Shown here piece after piece: positions 36,801-50,535 of a stretch of 64,000 nucleotides of DNA. Each line of letters opens with the position of its first letter. Position 1 is the first letter of the stretch. The notes under the pieces were generated by a model that worked only from the letters and a program-made list of their open reading frames with translations, was not told where the DNA came from and did not search any database. Source of the DNA: Okamejei kenojei (Eukaryota); assembly GCA_035221665.1 (NCBI GenBank), contig CM069145.1:39308001-39372000 (forward strand). Direction: 5' to 3'. The position numbers and the translations under genes are program-made.

Positions 36801-38373
36801 TGTGGAAAGGACTATTCATGTACAAACTTGACATTGCACAGCACTGTGTCGGCTGCCCTTCATAAAATGCACAATCGAGGTCCCTGGAAAATGCCAGATT
36901 TTGAGAACCACCTTGCATTCACAGCAGACATTGACATCAGCATCAGCACACCATTCAGTGGACTATTCCAATATGTTGTATCTGGACTGTTCCAAGATGT
37001 TGTATCTTAGTTCACCAGCAACAGTGCGTCCCACCTTCCTATGTGTTTGATTTTCTTGGCTTACCTGTATCCAGCAACTGAAATGTTGGAGAGAAATGTC
37101 ACATTGTCTCTGTCCTACAGTGGATTGAAAAATTCCAGTATCCTTGCCCTTCTCCCATATTCTGTCAACATCTCCAGTATCAAGGCTCTGAATGTGTTTA
37201 ATCTTCTGTGGTGAGTAGACTGTAGCATCTACAAGCCTGACAACAAGGGATATTTAGATTTAGGTTCAAGCATTACATTGCAGTTGCTAAGAGCCACTAT
37301 AGCAGAGACCTGGATTCAATCTTGACCATGGATCCTATCTGTGCAGTGTCCATCGATAGAGCGGGCGTGGCTGAGTTGGTGAGATTATGGGAAGTATTTT
37401 CTTAAAAGGTTAATGGAGTTGTATAAATAGGTGATTGGTGGTTGGCACTGACCTTGGGCCAAAGGGCCTGTTCCCATGCAGTATGTCATTGTGACATTTT
37501 GAAAAATTTCTTTGCAAAAAGGAAATGTCCCGTTTGAGTAATTGGATTCCTTGCTGGATACAGGTAAGCCAAGAAAATCAAACACAAGAAAGCGAGAGAG
37601 AGCACAGAGGGACATTTGCATGCACTGAAAGCAGTACATAATATCTCAGACAATCTATCCACCATTCTACCTTGTTAAGTATCACCTACTCTGTTTATGG
37701 CCCAGTCTGTGGGTTTCTCGTAGGAAACTTTACACCACAAAACCACTCTTGAAGGAGTCTGGGCAAGAGTACATTATAATTTCTACCTGTTCAATTATCT
37801 TGAAAGTAATATTTTATGCACAGTTTGATGGAAACTATTAAGACTAGTTCACCAAGATGAAACAACAATGTGCGGAATTTCTATCTTTTCTCTCAAACAG
37901 TATCTTTTGAAGATGAGCCTAGTTTTCTATCACTATAGTTCAGAGGTGGTTAAGCAGTTGTGTCTGGGATCTGCGGACTCTTAAGGTGAGGGAGTAGATG
38001 CTGGAAGGTATGGGTGGATTGTTTAGGAGACTGTATTCCTGTTGTATTTTTTGATTGACCTCCATATGCTGTAGTTCCATTCTGGACACCAGCTGATACC
38101 ACTGTTCAAACTTATTCAAGAATATGTACTCCACTGTGATTTCAAACTTGAGGGTCGACCATACTGCCCACTGAGCTGATTGAGCATAATTAACAATTAC
38201 AAGAGACATGAACCTATGAGATAATGTTTGCTTGCTTCTTCTGCCAATGTATTTGGAGGATTTTGGAGATTGCATTAGACTTACAGAATTTGAGTTTACT
38301 TTCAGGGTGGTTGACCTTCATATGCTTAGTCAGCCAAAGGTGTGGTGCCTGGGGTGAACTTTATTGTTTGAAT

Positions 38374-38953
38374 CAAAGATCTTAGAGCAAGATGGTTCAC
38401 TCCGTGAAAAAGCCGTAGTAGCTGATGGGTAATCTTCAGCGACATTCCTGTAACCGGCTTCTGTCTAGGTGGCATCTACAAGCGGAGTACGCTCCGCTAC
38501 AATTTGCTCAAATCGCCAATGTAGACGACTCTACCTGTCTGCGGGTTCCCCACGAAAAACGAAAGGTGAGAAAAAATGTATTTCTGTCGTGTAGTGAAAA
38601 TATTATTTATCCTGGCCAATCTTTCCCTATAGCTCAGATAGTCGAGTCGTTGGCATTTAAAAAAAAAAATCATTTAAAAACACACGCAAACTGTTCCTCC
38701 GCAACGCTGATTACAGCAATCTTAATACAAAAATCAATTCAAACACAGTTCACGAGCCATTTAAAAAGAAAAATTAAAAAACATTTAAAAACACGCAAAC
38801 TGTTCTCCAGCAATGTTGATTACACTGCGAGAGGCATAACTGAAGTCGGGCCGCGTTTGCTGAAATGGCAGAATTTATGCTCCGTTGTGTACTACACGTC
38901 AGTCCATTGGATTTTGCAGGAGTGGACCATCTTGCTCTGCTCTAAGATCTTTG
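38374..38953. mobile_element. Non-autonomous TIR DNA transposon with 8-bp TSD (hAT- or P-like)
   Basis: TIR CAAAGATCTTAGAGCA..AGATGGTTCACTCC / GGAGTGGACCATCTTGCTCTGCTCTAAGATCTTTG. Flanks GTTTGAAT (38366-38373) and GTTTGAAC (38954-38961). Confidence 0.85.
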
Positions 38954-41305
38954 GTTTGAACCCTGCTGAGGCTGTGAAGTGGCTCATGGGATGAAGATGA
39001 GTCTCTTTTTAAGGTTTTCATTGTTCATTGAAGGTTGTTGTTCAGTGAGGAAATGTTGGCAGAGCTAACATTCCAGATCTTTTGTGAAAGGTCCATTATC
39101 TTGTTTTATTTAATTAATGGTGTGGGCAAGGCCCAACATCTGCAAGTATCTTAATACGGCAACTCTACCTGAATTTGCAGTGATAATATTTCTAGAGTAG
39201 AAGCAAGAAATGTTTTCTCTGTTTATCCTTTAGAGTAACTTTTCAGTGGATGTCTTTTGAACATGAAACAAGTTTGCAAGAGGAGTATATTACTGCAGAT
39301 CTACATTGACCATGTAAAGTTGCTCTTCCTTGTCATTTGCTCTAGCTTATCTGATGTTTTATATTAAACCCCTTGCCTCCTGTGCAAGTTCCAATCTTTA
39401 CTTTTCGTTAAATGTTTGAAAAGTTAAAGTAAGTGAGCCCCATTTCTTGGGTTGCTGTCTGCAAATCAGAATCCCAGAATGGGCCATTCAGGGCAACAAC
39501 TAACTAACTCTTTCAAAGACTAATTCAATTAGTCACATTCTTCCCCCTATCCTCTTTGCATGAGCAATATATTTTCTAGACCTGATTTATACAAACCTGA
39601 TTTAACTATTTCTTATAAATCTATATCAACCACCCTATTATTTTGAGGCAACTTTGAGACCAGTTTCTCCATGATGATCAAGTCAACTGAGTAAAACTTT
39701 GACTAGCTGCACAGTCAGGCAAATTGTCCACGCTGGCTTACTACCTTTTTTTGTGACAATGCTATCCAATGATAATTATGCAGTGTATCCAATGATGCGT
39801 TGTGCATTACATGAGGACCGTGCACCACTTCAGTGCTTTGAGGAAGGAGCAGGAAGCTGTGGTGTACTGGTGAAACTGTTGTAGGATTTGATGGCGAGAG
39901 CGTTCTCCTAAAGGTCTTGGTCCTTGTTGGTAGAACCACTGCTGCTATCTTCCTTGTGGTCAGCTACCATTGACAAATGACTTGCAACCTGCTGCTGATG
40001 CTTACATGACCTTGAGGTAAGAATCTTCTGTGAGCAAGCTGGAAGAGTGCTTGATGGCTGCACTTATTGGTAGTGGTGTTTGTTTGATTGCACACTGTGT
40101 ATCTTGCATGTTATTGGCATGGTGTTTGCCTGCTAAACAATGGACTGCTGTAAATGATGGAACATTTTATTATTGTGATATAATTGCATTCAAGGATACT
40201 GTGCCAGAGCAAACATATTATTTTTCATGTAATAAATACCCAAAAAATCATCTATTCATTTTCTGTAGGGATGCTGCCTGACCCAAGTTATTCCAGCATT
40301 TTGTGTCTGTTTGGTATCGATTTTCATATCCGTTTGGCGATCGCATTTTCGTTCCAAAAAGATCTGATATTCCGGTTTAGAAGTTGAAAAACACAAGTAA
40401 TTTTCTTAATTAACAACCATGTGTTGGAGGTATAACTTGTCAAAAGATTTGTCATGGTTTTCTCGGGTGCATCAACCGATGGAAAGCTTGGTTGTATTTT
40501 TCTATCTTGGCACAATTTCAGATTTCATACCGTCCCATTGAGCCTTCTTAGAGCAACATTTTTCAGATTTTAAAATTGATGACAACAGCACGAGTCAGTT
40601 TTCAGACTGGGAATTTACTTTTGATCAGCTTTTCCATCTATCTTGTGGGTGTATCACATTCTTGAAATTCCAAACCACCAGGTTTACCTCCGGTATGTAT
40701 CGAAGTTTAAATTGGAGCAAAATGTGCCTGAGATTTTGAAGCATGGAACTGCGGAGGTTAGAAAGCCTTAAACATAAACTGGAAATGCTCAGTAGCCCAG
40801 ACAGCATCAACATCCACTGGTAAACCTTAACCCCACCCCAATATGTTATCAAACCTGCTAGTTTCCTCCAATATTTGTGCTGTTAGATAAAAAATTGATT
40901 CGTTCTGACAGAAACTAGAAAGTTTGGTCGAGTCCTCGGGAATTCAATAATTTCAAATAAACGACCTTTCCAGTTTATAAGGGAACTGGCCAGTTTGCAT
41001 GTACAAGCAGAAAATGCTGGGGTGCTTGGTGGATCAGGTGAAATGTTAGTTTGGGCAGCGAGGTTGGTGTTTCTGGTTCACTTATGTGTTGGCTCTTTCT
41101 CTGTGGTTGTTTCATGGCCTGCTGAATATTTCTAGCATCTTTTGTACTAGGTTTTCCTTGCCAGTGAATATTTCCTTGACTCTGAGTGTTTTCAACTTTG
41201 GAATGTCAACAACAATAGTTCTACAACTCAGCTGAAGCATTGTTCTACATTTTTTGTTGTCCCTTTCCAAACAAAATTGAGTGCCACTAACAAGTATTCA
41301 CAACT

Positions 41306-42970
41306 ATGTTCAAGACACCTGAGACACTCTCCGTCGTCTCCGCGCATTACATTCTCCAGGCCCCCCATCCTCTCATCTTCACCATGGACGTCCAGTCACT
41401 CTACACCTCCATCCCCCACCAGGATGGTCTCAAAGCCCTCCGGTTCTTCCTCGACCAGAGGAGCAACCAATACCCATCCACTGACGCCCTCCTCCGCCTA
41501 GCGGAGTTGGTCCTTACCCTCAATAACTTCTCTTTTGACACCTCCCATTTCCTCCAAATACAAGGCGTAGCTATGGGCGCACGCATGGGCCCCAGCTACG
41601 CCTGCCTCTTTGTCGGGTACGTCGAACAATCCTTGTTCTCGGTGTACCAGGGCCCCATCCCCGACCTCTACCTCCGTTACATCGACGACTGCTTTGGTGT
41701 CACCTCCTGCACCCACACACGACTGACTGACTTCATCCATTTCACCACCAACTTCCATCACGCACGCAAATACACTTGGACCATTTCTGACACTTCCCTA
41801 CCATTCCTTGACCTCACCATCTCTATTGCAGGGGATACACTCCTGACTGACATCCACTACAAACCAACTAACTCCCACGGCTACCTGGACTACTCTTCCT
41901 CCCACCCTGCTTCCTGTAAGGACTCCATCCCCTATTCCCAATTCCTCCGTCTACGCCGCATCTGCTCCCAGGATGAGGTGTTTCACACCAGGTCATCACA
42001 AATGTTCTCATTCTTCAGAGAACGGGGATTACCCTCCCCCACTATAGATGAGGCTTGCACCAGGGTCTCCTCCATAGCCCGCAACACTGCCCTCTCTCCC
42101 CATTCCCCCCCCACTCGCAACAAGGGCAGAGTCCCCCTGGTCCTCACCTTTCACCCCACCAGCCGGCACATACAACACATAGTCCTCTGCCAGTTTCGCC
42201 ACCTCCAATGTGACCCCACCACTCGCCACATCTTCCCATCTTCCCCCCCCCCCCCCCCCCCCCCCCCCCCGATCTGCCTTCAGCAAAGACCGCTCCCTCA
42301 GCAACTCCCTTGTCAATTCTTCCCTTCCCTCCTGCTCCACCCCTTCCCCGGGCACTTTCCCTTGCAACCGCAAGAGATGCTACACTTGTCCCTTTACCTC
42401 CCCCCTCCACTCCTTTCAGGGACCCAAACAGTCCTTCCAGGTCCGACAGAGATTCACCTGCACCTCCTCCAACCTCATCTACTGCATCAGCTGCTCTAGA
42501 TGCCAGCTGATCTATATAGGTGAGACCAAGCGGATGCTTGGCGACCGTTTCGCCGAACACCTCCGCTTGGTCCGCAATAACGAACCAGACCTCCCGGTGG
42601 CTCAGCACTCCCCCTCCCATTCCGTATCTGACCTCTCTGCCCTGGGCCTCCTCCACGGCCAGAGTGAGCAACACCGCAAATTGGAGGAACAGCACCTCAT
42701 ATTCCACGTGGGGAGTCTGCATCCTCTGGGATTGAACATTGAATTTTCTCAATTCTGTTAACCCTTGCTGTCTCCTCCCCTTCCCACCTCTCCCTCAGCC
42801 CTCGGGCTCCTCCTCATTTTTCCTTTCTTCTCCCCGCTCCCCCCCCCCCCCCCCCCCCCCCCCACCTCCCATCAGTCTGAAGAAGGGTTTCGGCCCGAAA
42901 CGTTGCCTATCTCCTTTGCTCCTTAGATGCTGCTGCACCCGCTGAGTTTCTCCAGCCTTTTGTGTACCCT
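41306..42970 (+). mobile_element. Penelope-like retroelement, 5'-truncated (RT plus GIY-YIG)
   Basis: MDVQSLYTSIPH, QIQGVAMGARMGPSYA, YLRYIDDCF and NLIYCISCSRCQLIYIGETKRMLGDRFAEH. 14-bp duplication AAG(T/A)ATTCACAACT (41292-41305, 42971-42984). Confidence 0.95.
42871..42910 (+). ncRNA. Putative minimal hammerhead ribozyme in the Penelope-like terminal repeat (representative copy)
   Basis: CUGAAGA-A-GGGUU(UC)GGCCC-GAAA-CGUU: hammerhead boxes CUGANGA and GAAA around a GC stem, followed by a self-complementary AACGUU. Confidence 0.6.
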
Positions 42971-44544
42971 AAGAATTCACAACTTAGCAGGCACCAAACT
43001 GTCAATCATTTCCCTCTTGGTCTCCTCTCTATGCAGACATTTCACCTTTATTCCAACATGATTACAAAGATAATAACAACAAAAGATTTGAAAAAAGAGA
43101 CCCAACCTGAAACGTTGCCTGTCCATTTCTTCCACAGATGCGGCCTGACTCAGTGAGTTTGAACGGCATTGGGTTTTCTTCAAGGTTCTAGCATCTACGG
43201 TTTTGTCTTGACTTCCATTCTCTCTCGGCCAACACCAATCTGTCTTCCATATTTTCTTGGTCACCACCCAATTGTGATCATTGTTTCTTCCCATCATTCC
43301 ATCTTTCTCTGTAACTTTTCTTTATTTTCTCAAATCTAAAAAGAGCTCATTATCCTCAAGGATTTAATCCTTTTATCAAATGATGCTTGATGGGTATTTC
43401 CAGCATTTTATTTTTTATTATGGATTTCTGGCATCTTCAGTTTGTTAATGTTAGCTGCCTTCTGTGATTTGTTTTTTGTAAATTGTATGACTTTCTAAGA
43501 TCCCATCCTATTGCAGTCCTAACAGCTGTGAATTCTTAATACTGCATTTACATTACACCTATCATGTAACTTTCATGCTATTAATGTAAATGGAAGTTTG
43601 GTGGCTAAAATGTAATAGTAAAATCCCAGAAATGCTTGTGTAATGTGAGCTGTCACATTTTGCGCTTGTTTGAAATTATAATTAGTATTGGATGGGGTAT
43701 TAAGGATAAACTTTTATATACGTTTCCAAACTAATAACTGCATCTTTGATTTCAAAGGGTGTAATTGGTATGGACAGGGAAGACATTGCTGCTGTACAAG
43801 GCAGTTGTGAGACTACACATCGAGCAGTACATAGTTTTGGCTTTGTCTATGATACATTTTGGAGGCAGTTTGGAGTAGTTTCACAAAGTTGATTCCTAAA
43901 CTGAAGACATTATGAGCAGAGGATGAACAGGTTGAGTCAATACTTGGAGTTTTGGAGCAGTGATCTTATTAAAAAATAAGATTTTGAGGGACTGGATGCT
44001 GAGAGGATGTTTACTTTTGTCTGGCACATTAGAATAGGGTGGGGGTATGCTTCCAGTACAAGAAGCCATCCATTTAAAAACTGATATGAAGTAATTTACA
44101 GTGTACTCTTCCTCCACCTTCAACCAAGGTTTATTGAGAAAGTAATGAAGGACGCATTGAATAAGATTTAAATTGCCGTGTTTAATTCTGAAATAAAAAA
44201 TTGTGCCATCTAAGATGTTTAATTATTATTCCAATACCTCATGTCGGTCAACTTTTCAACCTGCCACCTTGCAACACAATCTGTTCTGTTGTTCTTGCCA
44301 AGTTTAATTAAGTGGAAAAGGAAGACCGTTTAAGAACGTGTTGGAAAGAAATATGAAGGAAGGAAAAAGTATTCCAAGATTGTGAAAGAAGCAGTTCAAT
44401 TACCCTGGAAACAAATTTGTTTTCAACATGGCTAAGTGAGGCAACTGGCATTACTAAATGACCAAAAAGTCATTATATTTAGTTCAAATGGTATTACTGT
44501 CCTGTAGAAGTGCATTAACAAAAACTCTCTGTTAAGGTTCTGTG

Positions 44545-45135
44545 CAAAATAAGTAAGTTTATTGGCCAAGTAGTCACATACAAGGAATTTGCCTTGGTGC
44601 TCCTCCGCCCGCAAGTAACAACATGACATACTGCGACAGTCTCGAATGACTCCGAAATATGGACATGGTTTGAAAATAGAATATGAAACTTCGAGTCCGC
44701 ATCAGTGCAGGCAGCATGTCCATCTCGTTTTTTGGCGACCTCACATTCCTCACTGTGATGTAAGGAAAATAACATATACCTTCTTTCCTCCTCTATTCAC
44801 CCGCGGTCGGGGCAATCAAAACATCCGTAGTCGGAGCGATCAAGGCTCCCGCAATCAGGGCGGTTGAAGCCCCTGTGGTTGGAGCTCCCAAAGTCTATCC
44901 CTAACAAAGGGATCGCCAGCTCCACAATTTTAAGGCTGCAGTGCGGACGGAGATACGATACGGAAAAAGTCGCATCTCCATCGAGGGGAGATAGAAAATG
45001 CCCACCCAAACCCCACATAATACAAAAACAAAAGATACACTAAAACATACGTAAAAACAACAAAAGAAGAAAGGGACCAAAAGAAGAAAGGGACAAGACC
45101 GGCTGTTGGCGAGGCTGCCGTATATGGCGCCATCC
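44545..45135 (-). mobile_element. Non-coding retroposon related to the 25.3-26.5 kb insert
   Basis: Shares blocks with that insert (cctcactgtg(a/g)tg.aagg; gacggaga.; gaaaa(a/g)gtcgcatc..gggaga). Minus-strand AATAAA followed by a cttactta-type tail. Confidence 0.7.
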
Positions 45136-48100
45136 AGTAGACTGTTGATGCCATTTAATATATTTTGTCCTATCACTGTTGTAAATGTTGTATTTATTCA
45201 TAAAGTGAGGTTGTTTCTCAAAGCTAGTATTTATGGGCTACCCTAGCTGGCCTTGCATTAACATTGGCCAACATGCTTGATTCTTCAAAGTCAAATCGTA
45301 TATAGGGCAGATGAAGGATGTGCATTTTCTTCCTTAAAGGGCATTAGTTAATTATACATGTTTTGAGTGACCAGTAGATCAGTACCAGCTAGTTTATCAT
45401 TCCAAATCCCACAATTTCTATGGTGCATTCCCATATAGCCCATCTCACACAGCGTTGGAAGTGATTTTGTCCTATTGATGCAAACTAGCTCATAGAGCAA
45501 GCCTGTTACTCACTGATTTTCATTAACATTCTCTCCACACTGATATACCAAAAGGCACATTGATAAGGGCAATTAGCAAATTTCCCTTAGACGGCATTGG
45601 TCATGATTGAGCGTGAAGTTGAGGCAGAAGCAACTCTGCTAGTCATGCGAGTATCCTTGTTCACATCTCCAAATCGATAGTTCATTCTTAATAGTAGTCC
45701 AGTAAATTGAGCTGGAGTTAAATACCTGCTGGAGCAGTTGACCATTTACAGGTTTAACTACATAGAACAGCCATCTTTAAGTGGATGGGTCTGGAGGTTC
45801 ATTGGAGTTTGCATTTGGGTTGCAGGTACTGCCAGAACTGTACATGTGCATTAAAGTCTGAAATCAGGCATGTGGAGTCTAACCCAGTTAACTGAATACT
45901 GAACTGTAAAGCTGGTATCCAACTTGATAACATTAATCTATGTTTTCCAATAGTTGGAAATACACTAAAGCCACACCATCTCCTGTAAAAGAGATGGACC
46001 CAGTGACTTTCTAAAAGTGACATTCAAAATAGCTACAAGTATATATTTAATTTTGAATTTTTTTGTGTGTTGTCAAGCCAAAAACAAAGCCTCATATTTG
46101 TCAGCGGTATTTGATTTTTATTCCTTCCCACACTGCATTTTAAAATGTTTGGTTATGTGACGAGCTTGACTCACTTGACTCAATATTTCTTTTTGCCTTG
46201 TGCAGGATGATCACGAGTCCAGGCCTTGTGATAAAAGGCACACTTGAGTCTCTTTACTGTTGGGTGGGGTTATGGTGTTGGCAGACCTGCCGTCTTTCAC
46301 TAAACAAGGTGCCCCTCTCACTTGTAGCTTTTAGAAAGGTGGGTACAGAGCTCCATACAAAAGATAAGAGGTTGCCTTGGAATCTTGAACTCCCATCCTG
46401 ACAAATAAACGTGTACATGCTAGCTAAAGTACTTCTACCTCAATAGGTCATGGGAATTTGGTGTGCACTAGTTTGATAGACGTGGACTAAAAGCAACTTC
46501 AGGCGAACTAGGAGAAAATACCTTGGCAGACTTTGTAGATTTATTGAACTGATTGGAAAGAGGAAAGATCTGATCTTGGACCTAGACAATATTGCCACTG
46601 AGGTCTAAACAAGCATTTTATTCAAGTTCACAGAAAGCTGAAGTTTCTCTCCAGAAAGCTTTTTTTTCCCTCCCCAAAAATCTTTTTATTCTCTCTGGTC
46701 TTGAAGTCCCCTGTTGCTTTCCCTTTAAAACTGATTTTTAAATTTAAACTCGTTGCTGCATAGGTGGCTATGAATGTTTTTTTGGAAACCAAATCAGGAT
46801 GGTTATGATTGAGTCATTAGATTGTTGAGCAAGCCTGCCATCGACATTTCTGCAAGTCACTGACATCTTCCTCTTTGCATTTCTGGCCAAACTATTCTGC
46901 TTGGACTTGGAAAATAAATGGAGTTTTATTTCAGATGTTCAAAATAATTTTGATTTTTTTTCTAAATAAATTCATCTTATCTGTCATATTGGATTTGCGG
47001 CAGACAGCCAGGCATGTACCCTGGTCTACATCAAGTTCATTGTGAAACGATACTAGTCAATTATGATGCATTTGCTGACTTCAGTATCCTGTGACCACCT
47101 TCATTATCATTAGTATTTCTAAGCTTTAATGGCATAAAACCTGTAGTTGGACAATATCTGAGTCGTGACCCCAAGACCAACCTTTGGATGTACATCTGTT
47201 TTGCAGTCTGAATATAAGCGTGTTCAACATTTGTCTTTTCTAATCTCTTATTTCCAATTTTTATACAAATTTTGTGAAACTTAATGTACACATCAGCTGT
47301 GTTGCTGATGATATGATTCCTTGATCTTGCACTCTGCTCTGTTTTTCTGTCTGTTTTCTGCTTTTGAATGTGGCGTGGTCTGGAAATCAACCGTCAAGAT
47401 ATTCAATGATTCAGCTTCCACAGCTCTAGAGTCATTGTCCTGAGAAATTCCTCATCTCAATTGTAAATAGGTGACCTCTTTTCCATCTACCCTAGTGCTG
47501 GTCTTTGTTTGGGTTAACTTGTGACAGCATAATAAAAAATCTGCCTCTAAAATTAAAGACAAAAAAAGCATGCAGTTGCTGGCTAGTCATGTGATTCTAT
47601 TCAATATGCTAGTAACCAATGTGGTGAGACACTAGACTTGGTCAGCTTAAAAATAAATAATTACAAATAGATTTAAATTTTCTTTTCCTGATCGCTCCTC
47701 TGCATTATGCAACATGTTTTTGAGAAGGCAATGAATCAGCTCTGACTGGCTGTGAAATCTGCCAGCTTGGCACTAATATTAAATTCCAAAGAGATTCATC
47801 CCAGCATCACTCAAAATAAAAATAAAAACTGAAACTAAATAGATTCCTGGAAATTGAATAGGTTCTGTTTCCTTTTCTCCTTCACACAACCCAATCTTGC
47901 AGAATTTTTCCCAGAAGGCATATAAATTTGAGAATTTATTTTTTTTCCCCTTATTGTTAATTTACCATCATTGGTGTTGCTTTGGCATTTAATGTTTGTT
48001 TACTGGGCTAGTTTTGGTACAATCTAGTACAATACTAGAAATAAAAAATCTGGATCTAAAGTGAATTAACCGCTTGCATGTAATTACCCATTTCATGCAG

Positions 48101-48738
48101 GGCATTAAACTCCTCCAAATAACTTCACCTGCTCACTGACTAAATACAGTGCCCTCCATCTTTGAGACAAAGACCCATCATTTATTTATTTGCCTCTGTA
48201 CTCCACAATTTGAGCTTTGTAATAGAAAAAAAAATCACATGTGGTTAAAGTGCACATTGCCAGATTTTAATAAAGTAGCAATGTTACAAAATTTTGAGAT
48301 TTTAAAATCAAGTCTGCAATTTATCCCATCAGATAAAGAATAAAAAAGTTTAATTTGACACATAATTCACTTTCATATCTTCAGTATTAAAAAGGTTATG
48401 GCCATTTTCATACTCGGAAATTAGCATCTTGTTCCCCATTGCCTTTCCATTGACTTAACTCAAAAGCTGTGATCTAGGACAGTCAAAAGCCCATAACATT
48501 CTTAAAAATTAAGAGAACTCAATGACGTTTTCTGTTATTATAGATTGAAGCATTCTGAAACAATATGAAACAATCTTACTTGGATGACCTGAAATTGTTT
48601 ACTGGGCTAGTTTTGGTACAATTTAGTACAATACTAGAAATAAAAAATCTGGAACTAAAGTGAATTAACTGCTTGCATGTAATTACCCATTTCATGCAGG
48701 GCAGCAGACTCCTCCAAATAACTTCACCTGCTCACTGA

Positions 48739-48961
48739 CAGTGCCCTCCATGTTTGAGACAAAGACCCATCATTTATTTATTTGCCTCTGTCCTCCACAA
48801 TTTGAGATTTGTAATAGGAAAAAAAATCACATGTGGTTAAAGTGCACAGTCAGATTTTAATAAAGGCCATTTTTATACATTTTGGTTTCACCATGTAGAA
48901 ATTACAGCAGTGTTTATATATAGTCCCCTCCATTTCAGGGCACCCTAAATGTTTGGGACAC
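48739..48961. mobile_element. Tc1/mariner-like terminal repeat fragment (partial copy also at 48147-48274)
   Basis: TA|CAGTGCCCTCCAT terminus at 48145-48159 and an inner repeat tgtttg(g/a)gaca. Confidence 0.65.
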
Positions 48962-50244
48962 ACCAATCCTTGTGTTAAGAGAGTTGGATATTCCGAAAAA
49001 CTCAAGGAATCATGGGGTTTGTCAAAGGTCACTCGATGTAAAGAAAAAGGCAACGAAGCGCTGCCGAACTGCCACTGGACTGTTTCCCCGCCCGAGGGGC
49101 GGCTGGAGACGTCCAGCACGGAGAAGAAAGCCAGCAAAAGCCAAGCACCAGCCATCAACTGCAATACACACAAAATGCCGCAGTAACTCAGCGACACACG
49201 CAGCATCCCCAGAGAGAAGGAATTGGTGACGTTTCGGGTCGAGAACATTTTCCAGAGATGTTGCCTGACCCGCCACGCCACCGTAGCATCCAATGTGCAT
49301 CCCCAGCGATGCCCGGCGCTCGGCCCCCACCGGCTGCCAGGGGGCCAACTGACAGCCCCTGGACAAGGCGAGAGACGCAGGCACCCCGCCGGTCCAGGGT
49401 TGCCGGCCAACCCGGCAGGACAGGCAGAGCTGGAGCCAGCGCATCCCCCCGCGCTGGCTGCAAATCCGGGACCTCCCCGCCACCCCGGACACCTCCGGCA
49501 GCCTCCGGATAGGGACGGGACACCCGGGGTCGGGTCTCCGGACACCTCCAGCAGCACCGGAGACCCGACCCCGACCACGGGACGAAACGCAGCTACAAAG
49601 AATGTTTATAGTGAGTGACCTATGACCTGCGCATGTGCAGTTGGTGAAAAGCCAAATTGGTAGTGTATTTTGTTTTACTAATTGGAATGGTGTTGCCATT
49701 TTTAATTCATAATCTTTTCAAGCTACATTGACCTGGTGCTGCTTTTCATTGGGGGGGAAAAAAATCATAAGCAATAGTTTTCAGAACCAAGGATAACCGA
49801 CCAGTACTGTTAAATGTCTGCCGAGCTTCACAGCCGTGTATCTCTGGCTTCTTAATAGTTGTCTCCACTCCTTCTCCCCCCTTCTTTTAAAAGACTTGCT
49901 GTACACTATGCTTTAGCCGTCTTAATTACAGCACCAACCTTCCTGTTCATTGCGGAGTGTGTCTGCATTACATTGGCTTTGCACCATGTGAATTTCAGTC
50001 AGACAGCGCACCCCACGCTTGCCCTGTCCACCGCCTGCAGAATGGGCTGGTGAAGGAAACGATCTGTGTGTGTGTGTTCCACTCTGCCGGTCGCCGTTCT
50101 AGTTGCCGGTTTTTCAGGCGACTGCCGGCAACTTGACAATTACCTGAAAAATCTCATAAGTGGGATAGGCCCATGACAAGTGCCACACAAAAGGAGATCT
50201 CTACTTTTTGGGTGAACATAGTGTTGACGTGGTTGTTGATTTAA

Positions 50245-50535
50245 GGGCCCGTCCCACTTGCATCTCCTAGGCACGCAAATTACGCAAATGAAGTTTTGGG
50301 TCAAGACCCTTCTTTCCGACTGAAGAAGAGTCTCGACCCGAAACATAACCCATTGCTTCTCTCCAGAGATGCTGCCGGTCCCGCTGAGTTACTCCTGCAT
50401 TTTGTGTCCATCTTCAAATGATGTCACGCGCTCCAGAAGGCTGTGCAGGCGCATGAAATCGCGTGCAACCTTCGCGGGACCGTCGCGTCTCGTGGTCGCG
50501 AATTAGCATGCCAAGGACACGCAAGTGGGACAGTG
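50245..50535. mobile_element. PIF/Harbinger-like MITE containing a Penelope-derived repeat
   Basis: taa|GGGCCCGTCCCACTT ... AAGTGGGACAG. Internal sequence shared with 2420-3065. Confidence 0.65.

Noticed and set aside
48850-49699. Cluster of 111-242 aa ORFs in a GC-rich patch
   Set aside because: Overlaps Tc1-like and Penelope-derived repeats and a GC-rich stretch of probable repeat origin; low complexity, no domain.
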